Shown: one piece after another, positions 40,094-53,907 of the stretch | How positions within the stretch are numbered: the stretch's first letter is position 1 | Layout of the letters: the number at the start of each line of letters is the position of its first letter | From: Calcarisporiella thermophila CBS 279.70 | Taxonomy: Eukaryota; Fungi; Calcarisporiellomycota | Reading direction: 5' to 3' | Assembly (NCBI RefSeq): GCF_041956535.1 | Contig: NW_027192198.1 | Coordinates: 1,049,055-1,113,054, forward strand | Length of the DNA stretch: 64,000 bases | Notes under the pieces: generated by a model | Database searches by the model: none | What the model saw: the letters and a program-made list of their open reading frames with translations, nothing else | What the model was told of the DNA's origin: nothing | Translations under genes and position numbers: made by a program

Positions 40094-40778
40094 ATGTGTT
40101 CTGTTGGCTGAGCACGATGGATGGTGATGTGTTCACTAGAATGAAGAGAAGTGAGCAGAAACAGAATTCAATTAGGAATACATGGATTATCAATTATGCG
40201 GTCATCTGAACGCATTCGATAGAAGAAGGGCGGCATAGCTAGCCCATGTTGACATGGACGCCGTACCTACAATGAGGGGTGGGGTAATGAGCCGGTTAGC
40301 CGATGCGCATAGAGTGGCTCTTTAATCGTGGGGGGATGCTCGAGGGTAAGGGGAGAAATGAGCGATGAATGGATGCATGCGGATCGCTTATAAAAGAGGA
40401 AGAGAGGTCGACATTTAAGGTGTAACCGTTGTGGTACCTCAGTGGTCCCAGGGAAATTGAGCCTCGAAATTTCCTGGTTTGTCCGCCAAAATCATCACTT
40501 TCACCCTTCAAATAAAAAAAGCTCAGAACCATATATTCACCGGCATTCAGCATATATACAGGAGGGAGGCGGAATCATTAATAGGAGGGGTTTGAAAAGG
40601 CTATAAAGGCATAGAGGTGTATAGTACAAGACACAGTGCACAACGGGAAACCGGAAAGCAACTCATAGGAAAGCATACAACCAAGGTAAATGACAATATC
40701 CAATACAATCTCTGATGACAAGACAGCACACTTAGCATACATGTTACATATCAGCAGGAGGAATGGCCAGCGGCCGGT

Positions 40779-41348
40779 TCAGTTTGCGCCGAACGTTCCT
40801 ATATCTATCGACCCCCACGCCCCTTCCTCTTCTCTGCGGACAGGCCGCGAGACCGAGCCGTCGGTGAATCTGCGGGCTGATCCCAGCGACGAGGATGAGC
40901 CGTTGTTGCACTTGGTGATGGTCGCCGCCCCCCTTGTGGTAGAAGATGGCGGCTCTTTCGATACAGTCCATTCCCCAAGATAGGTTCTGCTTTCCGACGG
41001 CGACGACGCGGAGGATTTCACAGAGGTACAAGCCGATTCGACGGGGGCTGCGGGCTCCGAGGCGCGACGCATTTCGGGGCGGGGGGGGAAAGGGCGCAGG
41101 GTGACGAGGGGGTGATCGAGGTAGAGCTGGTGTTGGAAGTTGCTGGAGAAGAGCAGCGAGGGCGAGGGCGGGGGAGTGATGATGGAGCTGCCTTCGGCGG
41201 AGTCGGGGGAGGAAGAGCGCGAGGAGGAGGAATGCAGCTGATCCAGCCCACGCTGGGCATGCGCCTTCTGCACGCATTGCTCGGAGCAGAACAGCGCGCG
41301 ATCAATGGGGACGTGGTTGGAGCAGACAATGCACATTTCCACGTTCAT
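40779..41348 (-). CDS. Ecl1-like zinc-binding protein
   Basis: N-terminal CIVC...LFCSEQC motif followed by a Ser/Pro-rich disordered region. Confidence 0.7.
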   Translation of the reverse strand: MNVEMCIVCSNHVPIDRALFCSEQCVQKAHAQRGLDQLHSSSSRSSSPDSAEGSSIITPPPSPSLLFSSNFQHQLYLDHPLVTLRPFPPRPEMRRASEPAAPVESACTSVKSSASSPSESRTYLGEWTVSKEPPSSTTRGAATITKCNNGSSSSLGSARRFTDGSVSRPVRREEEGAWGSIDIGTFGAN

Positions 41349-42363
41349 GCTGGAGGAGATTGGAGAATTAGAATGGCTAATGTGATGGGCGCGATGCGTG
41401 GAGTTCAGTCGGCAAAGAGGCGGGCAGAGGGGTGCGACTTTTTTCTTTTATAGGCTGGCTTCTTCCCCCCAGCCTTATCTGGCACTCCGCCAGAAACAGA
41501 CAGGCAGACCGAAACAGGAGTAAGGCGGTGCTTCAAAATTTCAAATTGGCCAAAGCTTAGGAAAGCTTTCTTAGTGGGGAAAATGCGCAGCAGGCTCACT
41601 TTTAAGGGGGGAGAAGCCGACCGGTGTGGGCCATTCGAGCCAGGGTGTGGCAATTTGTCCTGGACGCCTTCTCCGTTGGAAAAAAAGAAAAACGCAGGAA
41701 AAAAAATCGGTTTGGCTTTCCCCCGGATCTCATTCGAAAAAGACCGAATCATCCCGTTGTTTGAGCGGTTCAAACAACAGAACGAAGTTCCGTTATGGAT
41801 AGATTGCACGTCAAAAGAATGTCTTAGGTGAGATAATTAAAACAAAATTCCCGTTGCTGCGAAAAAGAGGAAAATGCGCGTTCCTTACAGCCAAGCTGAG
41901 GTTTAGTCATCCGCTCATGCCCGCCCTCCCCCTCCAATGACACCGGGCCAGAATTCGCGCTTTTCCATTATATGGAAATAAAAAAATAAAGGAGAAATGA
42001 TCTCCTTCCCCTTTTATCAAGGCTTTTTTTGGGGGGCCGCTGCTGTGATTGCCCTTCTCTTCCCCTGCCGTCTCGCTTTTTTTTACGTTATGCTCCAAGG
42101 TTAGTGGTACTCCTATTTTCAAGCAACCTCTTTCACAAACACAAAACATAGAAACTAACATAATCAAAGCAAATAGACAAGGAGGGAGGAAAGCGAAATG
42201 ACATGGAATGAAGTGATAGATAGGCGTAGTACATCCAATGACTTAATAGAACATGGGTCTAGAGAAAAGAGGGCGTGGGGAAGAATGGGAAAGAGAGAGC
42301 GAAATTGGGTTCGGATTTCCATTAATTTACACGAGAGCTTGCTTGGTTTGGGCCTGAGCGGAT

Positions 42364-44057
42364 TTAGAGGGGCACCCCCTGAACAAACTGCGCATCGGAC
42401 TCGCGCTTGAACACGAGCCAGTGCACCCCCAACGTCCCCGCCCGGTATCCTCCTTCACAGTAGGCGAAATAGTACTCCCACTTCCGTCTGAAGACCTCCA
42501 GCTCTGGGGCGCCAATGTCGGGATACCGCTCCTGCAGCGCGGGCCCTATCCGCTTGCCAAACGCGGAGAGGAACTGCTCGCGCCAGAGGCGGAGCGTGCG
42601 CGCGTAGTGCGGCCCGAAATTCAGCACCTGGTCGGGCTGCAGCCCTCCCTGGGTGCCCTCGTAGGCGGCGTTCAGGAGGGCCGTGACGGTGGGGGCGTGG
42701 CCTCCGGGAAAGATGTATTTGCGGATGAAGTCCACCTCGCGGCAATAGCTCTTGTACCGTGCCTCGGGCATGGTGATGGCTTGCATCACCAGGATCCCCC
42801 CCTGCCGCTTGAGCAGCCGGTGGCACTGCTCGAAATACGTGGGGAGGAAGCGCTGGCCAACCGCCTCGATCATCTCGATGGACACGATCTTGTCATACTG
42901 GTGCGAGGCCGGAATTTCGCGGTAGTCACACAGAAGAACCTTGATCTGGGAGGCGAGCCCTGCCGCAGCAATGCGTTCTTCGGCCAGCTGCTTCTGTTCC
43001 TTGGATAGCGTGACGGTGGTCACCCGGCAGCCCGTGGACTTGACGGCCTAAAGGAGAGATGGGGGTGGAGAGTGGGGAGAGTGGATGGTTGGAACATGCG
43101 TGCAGGGAAACTCGGAAGAGAGCCAACACACTCATCGGTAAGCTCACTCACCTCGATGGCAAACGAACCCCAGCCGGTTCCGATCTCCAGGACATGGTCC
43201 GTCGCCGTCAGGCGCGCAAGCTCAATGACCTTACGCAGCTTCTGCTTTTGCCCCTCCTCCAGCGTGTCCTGCGGCGTTAACCAGTATGCGGAGCTGTACG
43301 TCATGGTCTCGTCGAGAAAAGACGCGAACATGTCGTTGGATATGTCATAGTGAGCGCTGATGTTGCCCATCGTGTTGCTGAGGGTGTTGGCGAAACGGGA
43401 ATTGGCGAGATACTGGAATGCCTGGTACACCGAAGAGTAGAGGTTGTTCATGCCGTTAAGATGGTCGCGGTTAAGGATGAACCACTAGCAAGGAAGAAAA
43501 AGACAACGTGAGTCCAACCAGAGAACAGGTGCGGAAGCGGTAGAGGAGGGGTGGACAGATTTACATCGATAAGCCCCACGAGGTCGCTGCACTCCACATC
43601 CCCGCTCATATACGCCTCTGCAAAGCCCTAAGCATTCCCCAGGAGAGCGCGAACATGGTAAACGTCAGCCACAAGCGAGATGAGGGGTAGGAAGATACAA
43701 AGCTCGCAAAGCTACTGACCATATCTGAGAAGAGAGCCAACCTTAGCCAGAACACCTCTCTAATGACCTTGAGCTCGATATGTTCTTTGGCATTGCCGTC
43801 CCCAAACTCCCACGTGCCGTTGGGGCTCTCGACCCGCAGGCGACCCACTCTTGCGCGGGCCATGAGATTGAGCACACCGTACCTGGCTGCATGGAGGCAT
43901 TGCAACACAACCACATCAGAGAAGAGCAAGACATGGACAAGCAATGGGCATTACCTAGGTTGCACAGCGGCTGCCAAGCGGTCTGCAGGGCGTGTTCCTT
44001 AATTGCAGTGAATGCACGGTCCGTGGCGGCTGTGAGGCTGTAATGATGGAGAGACAT
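42364..44057 (-). CDS. Cyclopropane-fatty-acyl-phospholipid synthase family SAM methyltransferase (UfaA/UfaM-like)
   Basis: NISAHYDISNDMF, MTYSSAYW, VLEIGTGWGS, KIVSIEMIEAVG, FIRKYIFPGG, HYARTLRLW, WEYYFAYCEGG; 5 exons. Confidence 0.95.
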
Positions 44058-44651
44058 CCTGCTTCTTTCGAAAGGAGGGCGAAGAAAGAATCAGAGCGGG
44101 GAAAATAAAAGTCGAACGGGTTTGAATGAGGCAGAGTAAGAGGAGAGAGGGGGAGGGAGGGGGGAGCTCCAAGTGGAAAAAAGAATTGGGAAGGATCAGG
44201 GAAGATAGGGTTAGATCGCTCTTTAAATGATCGAGAAATTTAAAATTTCGTTCGACACCGGACCTAGGCAGGTTTAATCTCGGGAATGGACTGCGCTTGC
44301 ACCCCTTCGCCCTCATTGCCAATAAGCACGTGCCGCAGAGGGAAGGTGCGGATATCTTGTTTGGCGGTGCGTCCGCTCTGAGGGCCTCGGGCATGCAAGT
44401 TTGGCAAACACTAAAATGCATGGATCCCAACGGGGATCTCGATTGTGCCAGCTCCGGAGGCCCCGCGCATCGACAATTGCAGCGTATTTCCGCAGATGAC
44501 AGAATGCGGGAGCTTCGGAGTTTGCATCCAAGGAGAGGAGGGTGTGCAAATTGGGTGGCGGATTTGATCTGGACGCAGACAAAGGGCGCGGAATGAAACT
44601 CTCTTGCGGGCACAACAGGAAAGCAGGAAATCCCATGGCTCTTTGCCAACC

Positions 44652-46667
44652 ATGCTGATCCTGCTGATCCTCGCCGTTGCCTCCCTTGTCGCCATCGCCG
44701 CCCTCCTCCTGCTCCTCACAGTCCATCCGCATGTTCCTACCACTGTTCTATCGAAATTCCGATCCCACATCTATCTCTCCACCACGTTCCACACTCGTCT
44801 CGCCCCAACCCGTCACAAGTTCTCCTATCCTGTAATTTACCTCAGCCTCGATCTGGATGAGCTCTCGCGCCTAGCGCAATCTTGGTGGTTTGGGTATAAT
44901 CGGTGGCGGCTCTTGTCCGTGTGGGACAAGGACTACCTGGGCGGTGCCCGCGGGGGAATCAAGGAGAAAGTGCTATGGCATCTAGAACAGCATGTAAGCC
45001 CTGCCAGAGCTCTTGAAGCGTAGGCTCCATTCGCCCATCTGCTTACTAATTTTTGATTAGAATGTTCCAACCGCAGGCATCACTCGCATCCAGCTCGTCA
45101 CCATGCCCAGACTTCTCGGCTATGCATTCAACCCAGTCAGCATGTACTATTGCTACTCATCTGAGCTCGCCGCTATAGTGCTCGAAGTCAATAACACTTT
45201 TGGCGAAAAGCACATTTATGTTTTGGACCCCAGACAACAGATTCAGAAGCACAGAGCCGGGTAGTTATTCTTCTCCACTCCTCTCGTCTCTCTATTACTC
45301 CCTTCGTTTCTACTTTCGTGACTAACGGGCTTTCGTTGTAGCTATCAATACGCCTTCAAATTTGCCCGCAAGTTCCACGTATCACCATTCAACGATCGCA
45401 CGGGCTCTTATGCATGCTACGTGAGCGACCCCGCCCATCCCGACGGCTTCAATCTCCGCCTCGTGGTCCACGAGGAGCAGACCACCCTTGCTCCCCACAG
45501 TGGCGCCCCCCTTTCCGAAAATAAAAAGTTCATGGCCCAGGTTCGCGCTCACGAGGTGTTGCCGCTGACGAGCAATGCGGTGCTGAAACTACTGATGCGA
45601 TATCCCGTCGATATCTTCTTGACTTTTCCCAGGATCCTGCGAGAGGCCGCCATCCTTGCTTACAGAAAGCACTTGCCTGTGTATCCGCGGCCGGAGCCAG
45701 TTATCCATGGAGATACCATAGTGAAACAGCATGCAAACGCAGTAGATAAGTAAGTACCGTGAGAGCGTCCGTTCTTTTCTAGCTGGAATCATAGGATTCA
45801 CATGGGCTTCATGTTTCTCCTGTCCATAGGTACTGCCTCCAACTTGTCCTCTCTTTCCTCGAGGCCCAAAGGCTGGACCGAACTTTTCTCCTCCACCCGC
45901 CCGATCCATTTGCTCCTCCGTTCAAGATTGGCTCCGGGCCGCCCTTAGACCTCTGGCTAAAAAGCTATGCCCTGGTACGAGAGGTCGTATTCCGCGACGT
46001 GGGGTGGGGACTTGTGATGTCGTGGGGCGAGGGAACCTGGGAATGTGAGGAGCCCGAGGTAGTGTTTAGTGCATTTTTGAAGGGGGTGAAGAGCTCCCAG
46101 ACCAGTGGCTGGCTCCAAGCTATGGCCCTCAAGTGTCGTAGACTGCTCGTCACCACTGGTGATGGCAATCCATTTCTCAAGCAGGAGACGTCGAATGAGC
46201 TTTGCGCGTACACCGACCTGATCAACACCTGTGGTTCGCTGCCACCCCGTCGCATTCTTGCTCTGCCGTCCCCCCGCCCCCCATATTCGCACTTCCTCGA
46301 CCCGTACGCAACCAACAGGTGGCACCACGCCTCCATCCTCCTCTGTGGCACTCTGAGCCATCTCCTCGAGAAGTTCTTCTTCGCCTTGCTCGCCAACTTT
46401 GCATCAGGACGGTCTCCCTTCGAGTCCGAGAAGCGCATTTTAGGATGGATACGGAGAATCCTGGAGCAGGAGAGAGGGCGCGGGGAAAAATGGTGGATTA
46501 TAGAAAGACTCACTTCGGATGGACCGTTTATCACTAATCCGTGTGTTGAAGTCGAGAAGGAATACGCGGGAATCGAGGAGAAACCGTCCACTTGGGAAGA
46601 AATGGCCCAGGCCAGAACGAGAGTGGCGCTGCTTGCATTCGTAAAGGGATTGAGGACCAATCTTTAA
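44652..46667 (+). CDS. DUF1365 family protein with N-terminal TM anchor and long C-terminal extension
   Basis: HTRLAPTRHKFSYP, LVTMPRLLGYAFNPVSMYYCY, VLEVNNTFGEKHIY, KFHVSPFN, PRILREAAIL; 4 exons. Confidence 0.93.
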
Positions 46668-47542
46668 CACATATACCATGGATTTGACGTTACTCTGTTC
46701 TTTCTTGTTTCAACCTATTTTATCATTATACAGCACTATGTCGGTGTCTTTGTGTTTCGAGCATGTCATTTTTTTTTTCTATTTTTGAAGGTTCTTCAAC
46801 CATTTCATCCACCCAATATAACTAAACTTGCCATGATACGGTTGGCAATGCCGTGTATTGAAGAAAGCTTCGGGCGTATATCCCACTGGGATGAAGAAAA
46901 GAACCTCCATGCGCATGCGGGTGCGGTCAAGGTTATAGTTAAAGCTGATTATGCACCCCCTTTGTACCCCTTTGTACCCCTTTATGTCTCCATGACGCGT
47001 TTTGGCGTCAAAACTGCACCTAGCCTCGCAATAAAGTTAGCGCTCCCTCTCCGAATGTTTTTATCGGATCGACCTTCTCTTCCCATCACCACTCCTTATC
47101 CCCTTTAGGACAAAGAGGTGCATAGGGCCACTTCCCTATGCAACCGAGGTGGTACGCTGGCTCCGCCACTCCTCGCTTTATTTTCTCGCTGCAGGCGCAT
47201 CAGAGATACTGGGCAACGGCCTCGAGCTTAGGGGGAGTAGCTCTCCGTCTGCATGACCTAGGCGGAGATGCAGTCGATTGGGTGCCAAAGATTATTTTAA
47301 AAGTAGTGAGGGGCAGTTATTTTCATCCCATATTATATTATTTGAGTTTTCACGCCTAGCTCAATAAAGTGACACATTAACACACATCAAAAATATTAAG
47401 ACAACATAACAATAACAATGAGAAGTGGAGAAAAGTGGAACCGAAAAAACAAACATGGCCAAAGGGACCTTGGTGGTGGGGGATTGGGGGCATGGTAACT
47501 AGTAGCATGATAAGTGGGAGAAGGGGAAGGGGGAGGGATGGC

Positions 47543-49894
47543 TTAACCGCTTGCCTCCAACTCGGAGTACATCCGCTCAATCTCCTCCTTGAAGAAGTCC
47601 TTCGCCTGCTGTCGCTTCAGCTTGAAGGTGGGGGTGAGCAGGTCGTTTTCGATCGAGAACATGTCCGGGTGGAGGTGCACGTTCCGGACGAGCTCGAACC
47701 CCTTGAGTCCCTCCTCCTTCGCCAGCTTATTGGCGGTCTTGAGCAGGTGTTGCTTCAGCTTGGGCTCCCGGCACAGATCCTCAACGGATTTGCCCAGCAG
47801 GCCGTTTTCGTGGGCCCACTTGGGCAGGGTCTCGGGGTCGGGCACAAACACGCCCACCAGCTCCGACTTCAACGAGGAGCCGTGCACAAAGGCTTGGGCT
47901 ATCAGCTCGTGCTTCTGGTACACGCCCTCGATCTTCTCAGGGGCAATGTACTCTCCCTGTGACAGCTTGAAGATGTTCTTGATCCGATCGATGATCACAA
48001 GGCGCCCGCTCTCATCCCACATCCCAATGTCGCCCGTGTGTAGCCACCCGTCGGCATCGATGACCTCCGCCGTCTTCTCCGGCTCCTTGTAATATCTACG
48101 CATCATTGCGGGTCCGCGCATGCAGATCTCCCCCCGAGGTAGCGGCTTATCCTGGCTCGTGTAGTTCATCTCCGCGACGTCAACTAGTTTCACTTCGGTG
48201 CACGTCTCAGGCCCTCCAACACTCCCCGACTCGGGGTCCTTGATATCGGTGAACGTGATGGCGCCGCCGTTTTCCGTCTGGCCGTAGCCCTCCAGGACAT
48301 GCGCGGAGAAGCAGATGCGAAGGAAATCCTTGACGTCGGGAGAAATGGGAGCCGCGCCTAGAGCAAAAAGGCATAAGTGGAATGCACGCCAAACCCAACC
48401 CCTTTCCTCCGCTCCTGCCTCAGGCTAGGCCATCGAACTGGTTTGAACTTACCCGATACAATGAACCTGCACCGTCCGCCTAGCCTCGAGCGCACAGCAG
48501 AAAACACCAGCCAGTCCCACAGCCAATGGTCCACCCTGCCACTCGCAATTCCTTTCTTTTTCGCCTCAAACGCGTGCTTGAATAAGAATTGGGCCAGGGC
48601 ACTCTTGGCACGTACTCCAGCCAACACCTTATCATAAATACGATTGAAGAGACGGGGAACGGAGACAAAGATGGTGGGCTAAAATGGAGGAGGGTTGGTT
48701 GGTCATGGGATGCTTATGATCAGAAGAAGCGCCAGACAGTTTCAAGAAAGAGTGGATACCTTAAGGACGCCAATATCGTCCAGCAGCTTTTGCGTGTCTC
48801 CCTGATAGAAGCCGACCTGGACACCATAGTAGAGCATCAGAGCCATGGCCGAGCTAATATAAAAAAATATTGCAGGTTGAGTATTTTTGGGCCCACTGCA
48901 AATTGGATCCGGTATCCATACCGCTCAAAGACATGGCACAGTGGGAGATAAGAGATGTACACGTCTTCGCCGTTAACCACGGGGAAGTGCCCTTTTTCTC
49001 CCAGCTTGACAAGCGACGCAACCACCGCGAGCTGATTCCCTTGAGTCAATTCCGCACCTTTAGGCCGCCCAGTGGTCCCGCTCGTGTAGTTGATACAGCA
49101 CAAGTCCTCCGCCTTCGCGCCCCTCGGCGCGACAGGATCCTCCGCACCCAACGCCTCCACACCTTTGCACGTGTGCGCCTCATACCCGGCATCGCGGACC
49201 TTTTGCAGCAAATCCTCAGAAGGGTCATCCGTAACGATAATGTGCGTCAGCGTGGGGAGTTGCGATTTGAGCCGGATGAGATTGTCGACTTTATCGGGGG
49301 AGCACACGGCAAAAGAGAGCTCCGTCTGTTGGATAATAAAGGTAATCGCGTCTTCACCCAAGGTATCGTAGAGGGGACAGTGCACGAAACTGTGGAGATA
49401 GCACGCATACTCAGTGATAATCTAATGAAATAGATGTTTGGTTCGTGATGGTGAGATGAATATTTCCGTAGAGACAATGTTACCCATTCAGGCTTGTTCA
49501 CCGAATAAATTCCAATAATTCCCTCGGGCTGAAGCCCAATTTTCCGCAAGCCGGACCCCATGTTTTCGATGCGCCGCTTCACCTGATCATACGTCTGCCA
49601 CACATATGGGAAAGCATGCCCAGATGAATCGATGGGGCGGTGCCCAGCGCAATTTCCTTCCTCTAAACGAAGACAAAACAAGGGCGTGTTACCTCACGTC
49701 TAAAATTTGGCCCATTGGCATCCAAAAATATTCAATTTACTGGACACTTTCCAACCGTGCAGGAAATTCTCCCACAGATTGGTCACTCCCTCAGGAAACT
49801 TCACGAGCTCATCTGGTGAGCATATATGCCGGCGAGGAATGCCTTCTCCTGCTTTTGCCTCCACACCTTTGACTTCGACAGAGTATTTAACCAT
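47543..49894 (-). CDS. Long-chain acyl-CoA synthetase (ACSL/LACS type)
   Basis: YTSGTTGRPKG, YLPLCHVFER, EGYGQTE, GWLHTGDIG, IIDRIKNIFKLSQGEYIAPEKIE. Confidence 0.96.
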
Positions 49895-51488
49895 TTATAA
49901 TGAGTTATCCAATGGGGGAATTCGTGCGTGGTAGTATTGGCTCCCTTTTCTTTTTTTTTCAGGGGGGGAAGAAAAAAGATGGAGTGAAACTAGCAATGTG
50001 CAAAATAATGTTTAATGTAAAAAGGGTGAGAATAAAACGCGTGCTTTAATTTTGAACTTCTCTGTTCCACAACTCCACCACAAAATCCTACTTGCATTTC
50101 CCTTTCTTCAGAGAAACTTCTCCCCGCCCTCAACAATCTTATGAAAATTTCCCTCTCCTGGCGCTCCTGGTACATGTGGCTGCTCGCCTGCCGTTCCTAA
50201 GCCCTCTTGTAACCCGACCAAGAGGCTTGGATCCTCTCGCGGAAAAACAGGGCTACAGTATTGACAAGCGCCCAAAAGGATTAGACACATAATAGGAGTA
50301 TCAATCGGGGATGATTTTGACACAATAAACTTCGAGCCCAGTGGGCTAGAGAAGCCATTCTATGCTAAGCGCTCTAGCGGAGGAGCCCGGTATCCGACGC
50401 ATCGGGCTCTTGAAGAGATTTAGGTTAATGGAATAAGATTGATGGGGGTCGCCAGGATGAACACCGAGTGGAGGGGAAGCCACCTTGCGTGACGGTGGCA
50501 ACGGTACTTGACAAATATCGGCGGATGGAGGAGAGACATAAGTCCTAATAATAGAGTGAGCATAGCGTGAATTCCCTATTGGGGTTGCAATATAAGGTTC
50601 AGAATCGAATAGAAATCAAAGCCTTTGTCTAATATTCTCTCCAATAATGCCCTTCATAATCAATCTGATAACAAACCAGAATAGAGCGCCTCACTAGTCC
50701 AGTAACAGGGCTACTCTAAAGGTCTTCATCGCATATTTCCTAGCAGGTAAACCATTAATGTGGGCCCTCGTCAACCGCCTTGGATTGGTGACTTGTGGCT
50801 TTCTTGTTTTCGGGCAAATAGAGCCGGATATAGAGGGTACTGAATTTTGAAAATATTAAACATCAGTAATTTACTCTCTCATTGTAAATCAAAGAATAAA
50901 AATTTTATTCCAATCATGTAAAAAGCCAAAAACACCAAAAATATCCAAAAACAAGCTGTTGACCCTTTGGCTCTGCGTTCCCGGCAGTCCGAGTATACGA
51001 GCAGTTGAAATGAGTGGAATAAAATTAGATGCTCGATAAGATAGATGTGATGAAAATGGGTGTGGGCTCAAAGAATATTTTTGATACACAACGCACTTAT
51101 CGGCTTATCCGTTTACTGTTTGGAGAAAAAGAAAAGTTAGCAATGTGAACATTTCATTCACAAGTTCAAAGTGCCAACAAAATACCTTGGAACGGGCGCG
51201 CATCTTTCTTCTCTTGCGCTTAAGACGCCTTTGACGCTTCTTCTTCCACTTGGCCCTCATTGTCTGTTCAAGGGAAAGGTTAGAGGATGGATGGATGAAT
51301 ACAGAGGGCCAAGGTTTAATTCTTACCAGATGATGATTTCGATGACTATAACAAGGGAGCGAGAGGGAAAACTAATTTTTCGGAACCAATTTTTTTATAA
51401 AGGATTTCAGTCTGACGTCGACAGTAACCTGATATATACTTATATATCTATACTATTCGAAATTTCATAGCGCTTTCGGTGAACAAAA

Positions 51489-52050
51489 ATGAATAATCCG
51501 CAATCAGTTCTCTATGGATGGTATGTAGACATTGTGGACATGCAGCAGTAAATGAATGGTTATTTATCCTTGATCATCCTTTTTAATTCCCTCTTTCACT
51601 CTTTACGAATAAAGGCTGGCGCTTATTGCAGGTATGTTCTTTCTTTTTCTTTTCATTCCGTTTTCTCTTCGTGTTGCTAAAAAGCTTTTGAAACTAGCTG
51701 GAGGTGGTGCATATTATTTTGCCAAAAAGGAAATTGATGCTCGTCGTAGGGAGCAGGCTTACCGGCGAGTAAGGCCAGAAGAAAAGCTTGAATGTAAGTC
51801 GTTTCACTTTGGCTAGCTGTTGCGTTGCCCGTTGCTTATTTCAACATTAGGGTATGAAAAAGTAGCACGAGAGGAGCAAGCCAATCGTGAGGCTAAGGAA
51901 ACAAAGGAGACGATGGAAAATAACCCTCCAGGGAAGAGTCATACGCAAGTCTCTTCAGTGGTTGAACCTTCCGAACGATACTCTCCCTCGAGATACCTTT
52001 CTTTTCTAACCAATTTTAGGGACCATCAGCAGTCCATTGACAATAGGTAA
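51489..52050 (+). CDS. Small conserved fungal membrane protein (multi-exon; 3' end approximate)
   Basis: MNNPQSVLYGW|...|AGGGAYYFAKKEIDARRR with GT-AG introns. Confidence 0.6.
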
Positions 52051-52817
52051 CAAAATATAGAGGATTAAATGCTGTTTTCTAGCATCTGTAAATTTCAACG
52101 TATTTTTGTCAAAGGCAAAAAAGAGAGTTGATAAAGAAGATATTTATAGATATACCCACGACTTCTATATGGTTAAATGAATATTACAACATCTAGGGTC
52201 TTTAAATAGTTAAATAGACAAGAGTTATATCCTCTCTATAATCTCTAACCCTCAAATTCTAAATAATGGTGGCAGATCTAATTCTTCTTTCCCTATCGAA
52301 TGGACATGCTTTTAGCGCAAATGCCAACATGAACAGTATGTAGCATAATACTTACAGAGGCAAGGCGGCTAATCCCAAACACAGTACCCAACATGCCCAA
52401 GCCCATCACACCAACATAGATCGTCATCCACATGCGATCGCGGGGACCACGAAGGTAAAGTGGGGTCTTGCTTGGAGACTACGTAGTTGCAAGCCAGAAT
52501 TTAACTCACTAATGGATACAAACATTCGAAATTATGGCAATTACCTGGTAGTGAGCCTGAAGCTGGGCAATTTTGTTAGGCTTGTTGATGATGGATTCCA
52601 TTTGCAGTTTCTCTCGAATAAATTCAACACAAAACTGTTTTAAAAATTTATACAAGGGTCCGAAATCTAACAACTGTTGACGAAAATATTACCAAGCCAC
52701 CTAACTCTAGTCCATTATATTTGACCAATGAGCCACTTTTCAGGAACAGAATAGCCGATACCTCCTCTTACATATTTATTTTCTTCACTAATATTGTGGC
52801 TAATGATACAACATCAG

Positions 52818-53237
52818 CAAAAGCGCATTGCCCTTCCCGTACGCGTCGAACCTAAAGTGTTCTTTGCCAATGAGCGCACATTTCTCTCTTGGCTCCAATT
52901 CAGCGTTATCGTAGGAGGACTGGCGATTGGATTGCTTAATTTCTCTGATCGGGTTGGGCGCATATCGGCGGCACTCTTTACTTTTGTGTCCATGGTGGTG
53001 ATGGTGAGATACATTCTATGAGCCTGAAAAAAAAAAGAATAGGATTCGCATTAACCCATAATCATTGTTCTTTAGATTTATGCCCTTATTACTTATCATT
53101 GGCGTGCAGAAAAAATCAAGAGGCGCCAAATTGGACCATATGATGATCGGCTTGGCCCTACAGTACTATGCGTATTCTTATTAGCTGCAGTGATCACAAA
53201 CTTCTGGCTACGATTTACTAACGATGGCGCTCAGTGA
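52818..53237 (+). CDS. VTC1: Vacuolar transporter chaperone subunit Vtc1 (first exon unresolved)
   Basis: [44 protein letters not shown]. Confidence 0.92.
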
Positions 53238-53907
53238 ATATCCTTTGATGCCCGTTTTGTTTCTCTCTTCTTGGCATTTTTTTATTATTCATACTCTTCT
53301 TCTAAGTTGATTGCTTTTTTCTTTTGTTAATGACTGTGACGAATGGATTTTTTTCTAAATCTTCTATTTATGAAGCTAAGAATTAAAATGATAAGATAAC
53401 AAATGTATTTATTTTATTTGATATTTTGCCGACGTTTCCTTGGACATGTTGTATAATCGAGATTATTCTTTCGAATGTATGGCGCCTCTCTAACTAGGAC
53501 GAAGGTTATCCCTTGATGAGAAAGATCCCGTCTTGATACTTACCTTGCTAGGGCGTGGCCAAACTCAAGCAAGTGGCCCACCGCGCCTGTGAGAACTGCT
53601 ATGCGCTGTTCACTCTTCTCGGAGGCTGCGTTGCAACAAGCCTAATAAGAAGCTGAGAAACAGTCTATACTGTAAAGCATCCATTCTCTGTCCAACTGCC
53701 TATGCGCACTATTCGGCCATCCGGGTGACAGCTGGCTGATAGATTCCCCCCTAGTTCATTTGCGTTCTCCCTAATTCCACCGATTCAGACGATTCGCTGT
53801 CACATATTCTTCAAATTATTTGGGCTTGATAATAAGGTTTTTCGAATATGCACATAGGCAGGAGTTGGGAACACCTTTTTTTTATTCAGCTTTGAGAATC
53901 GGATCCG

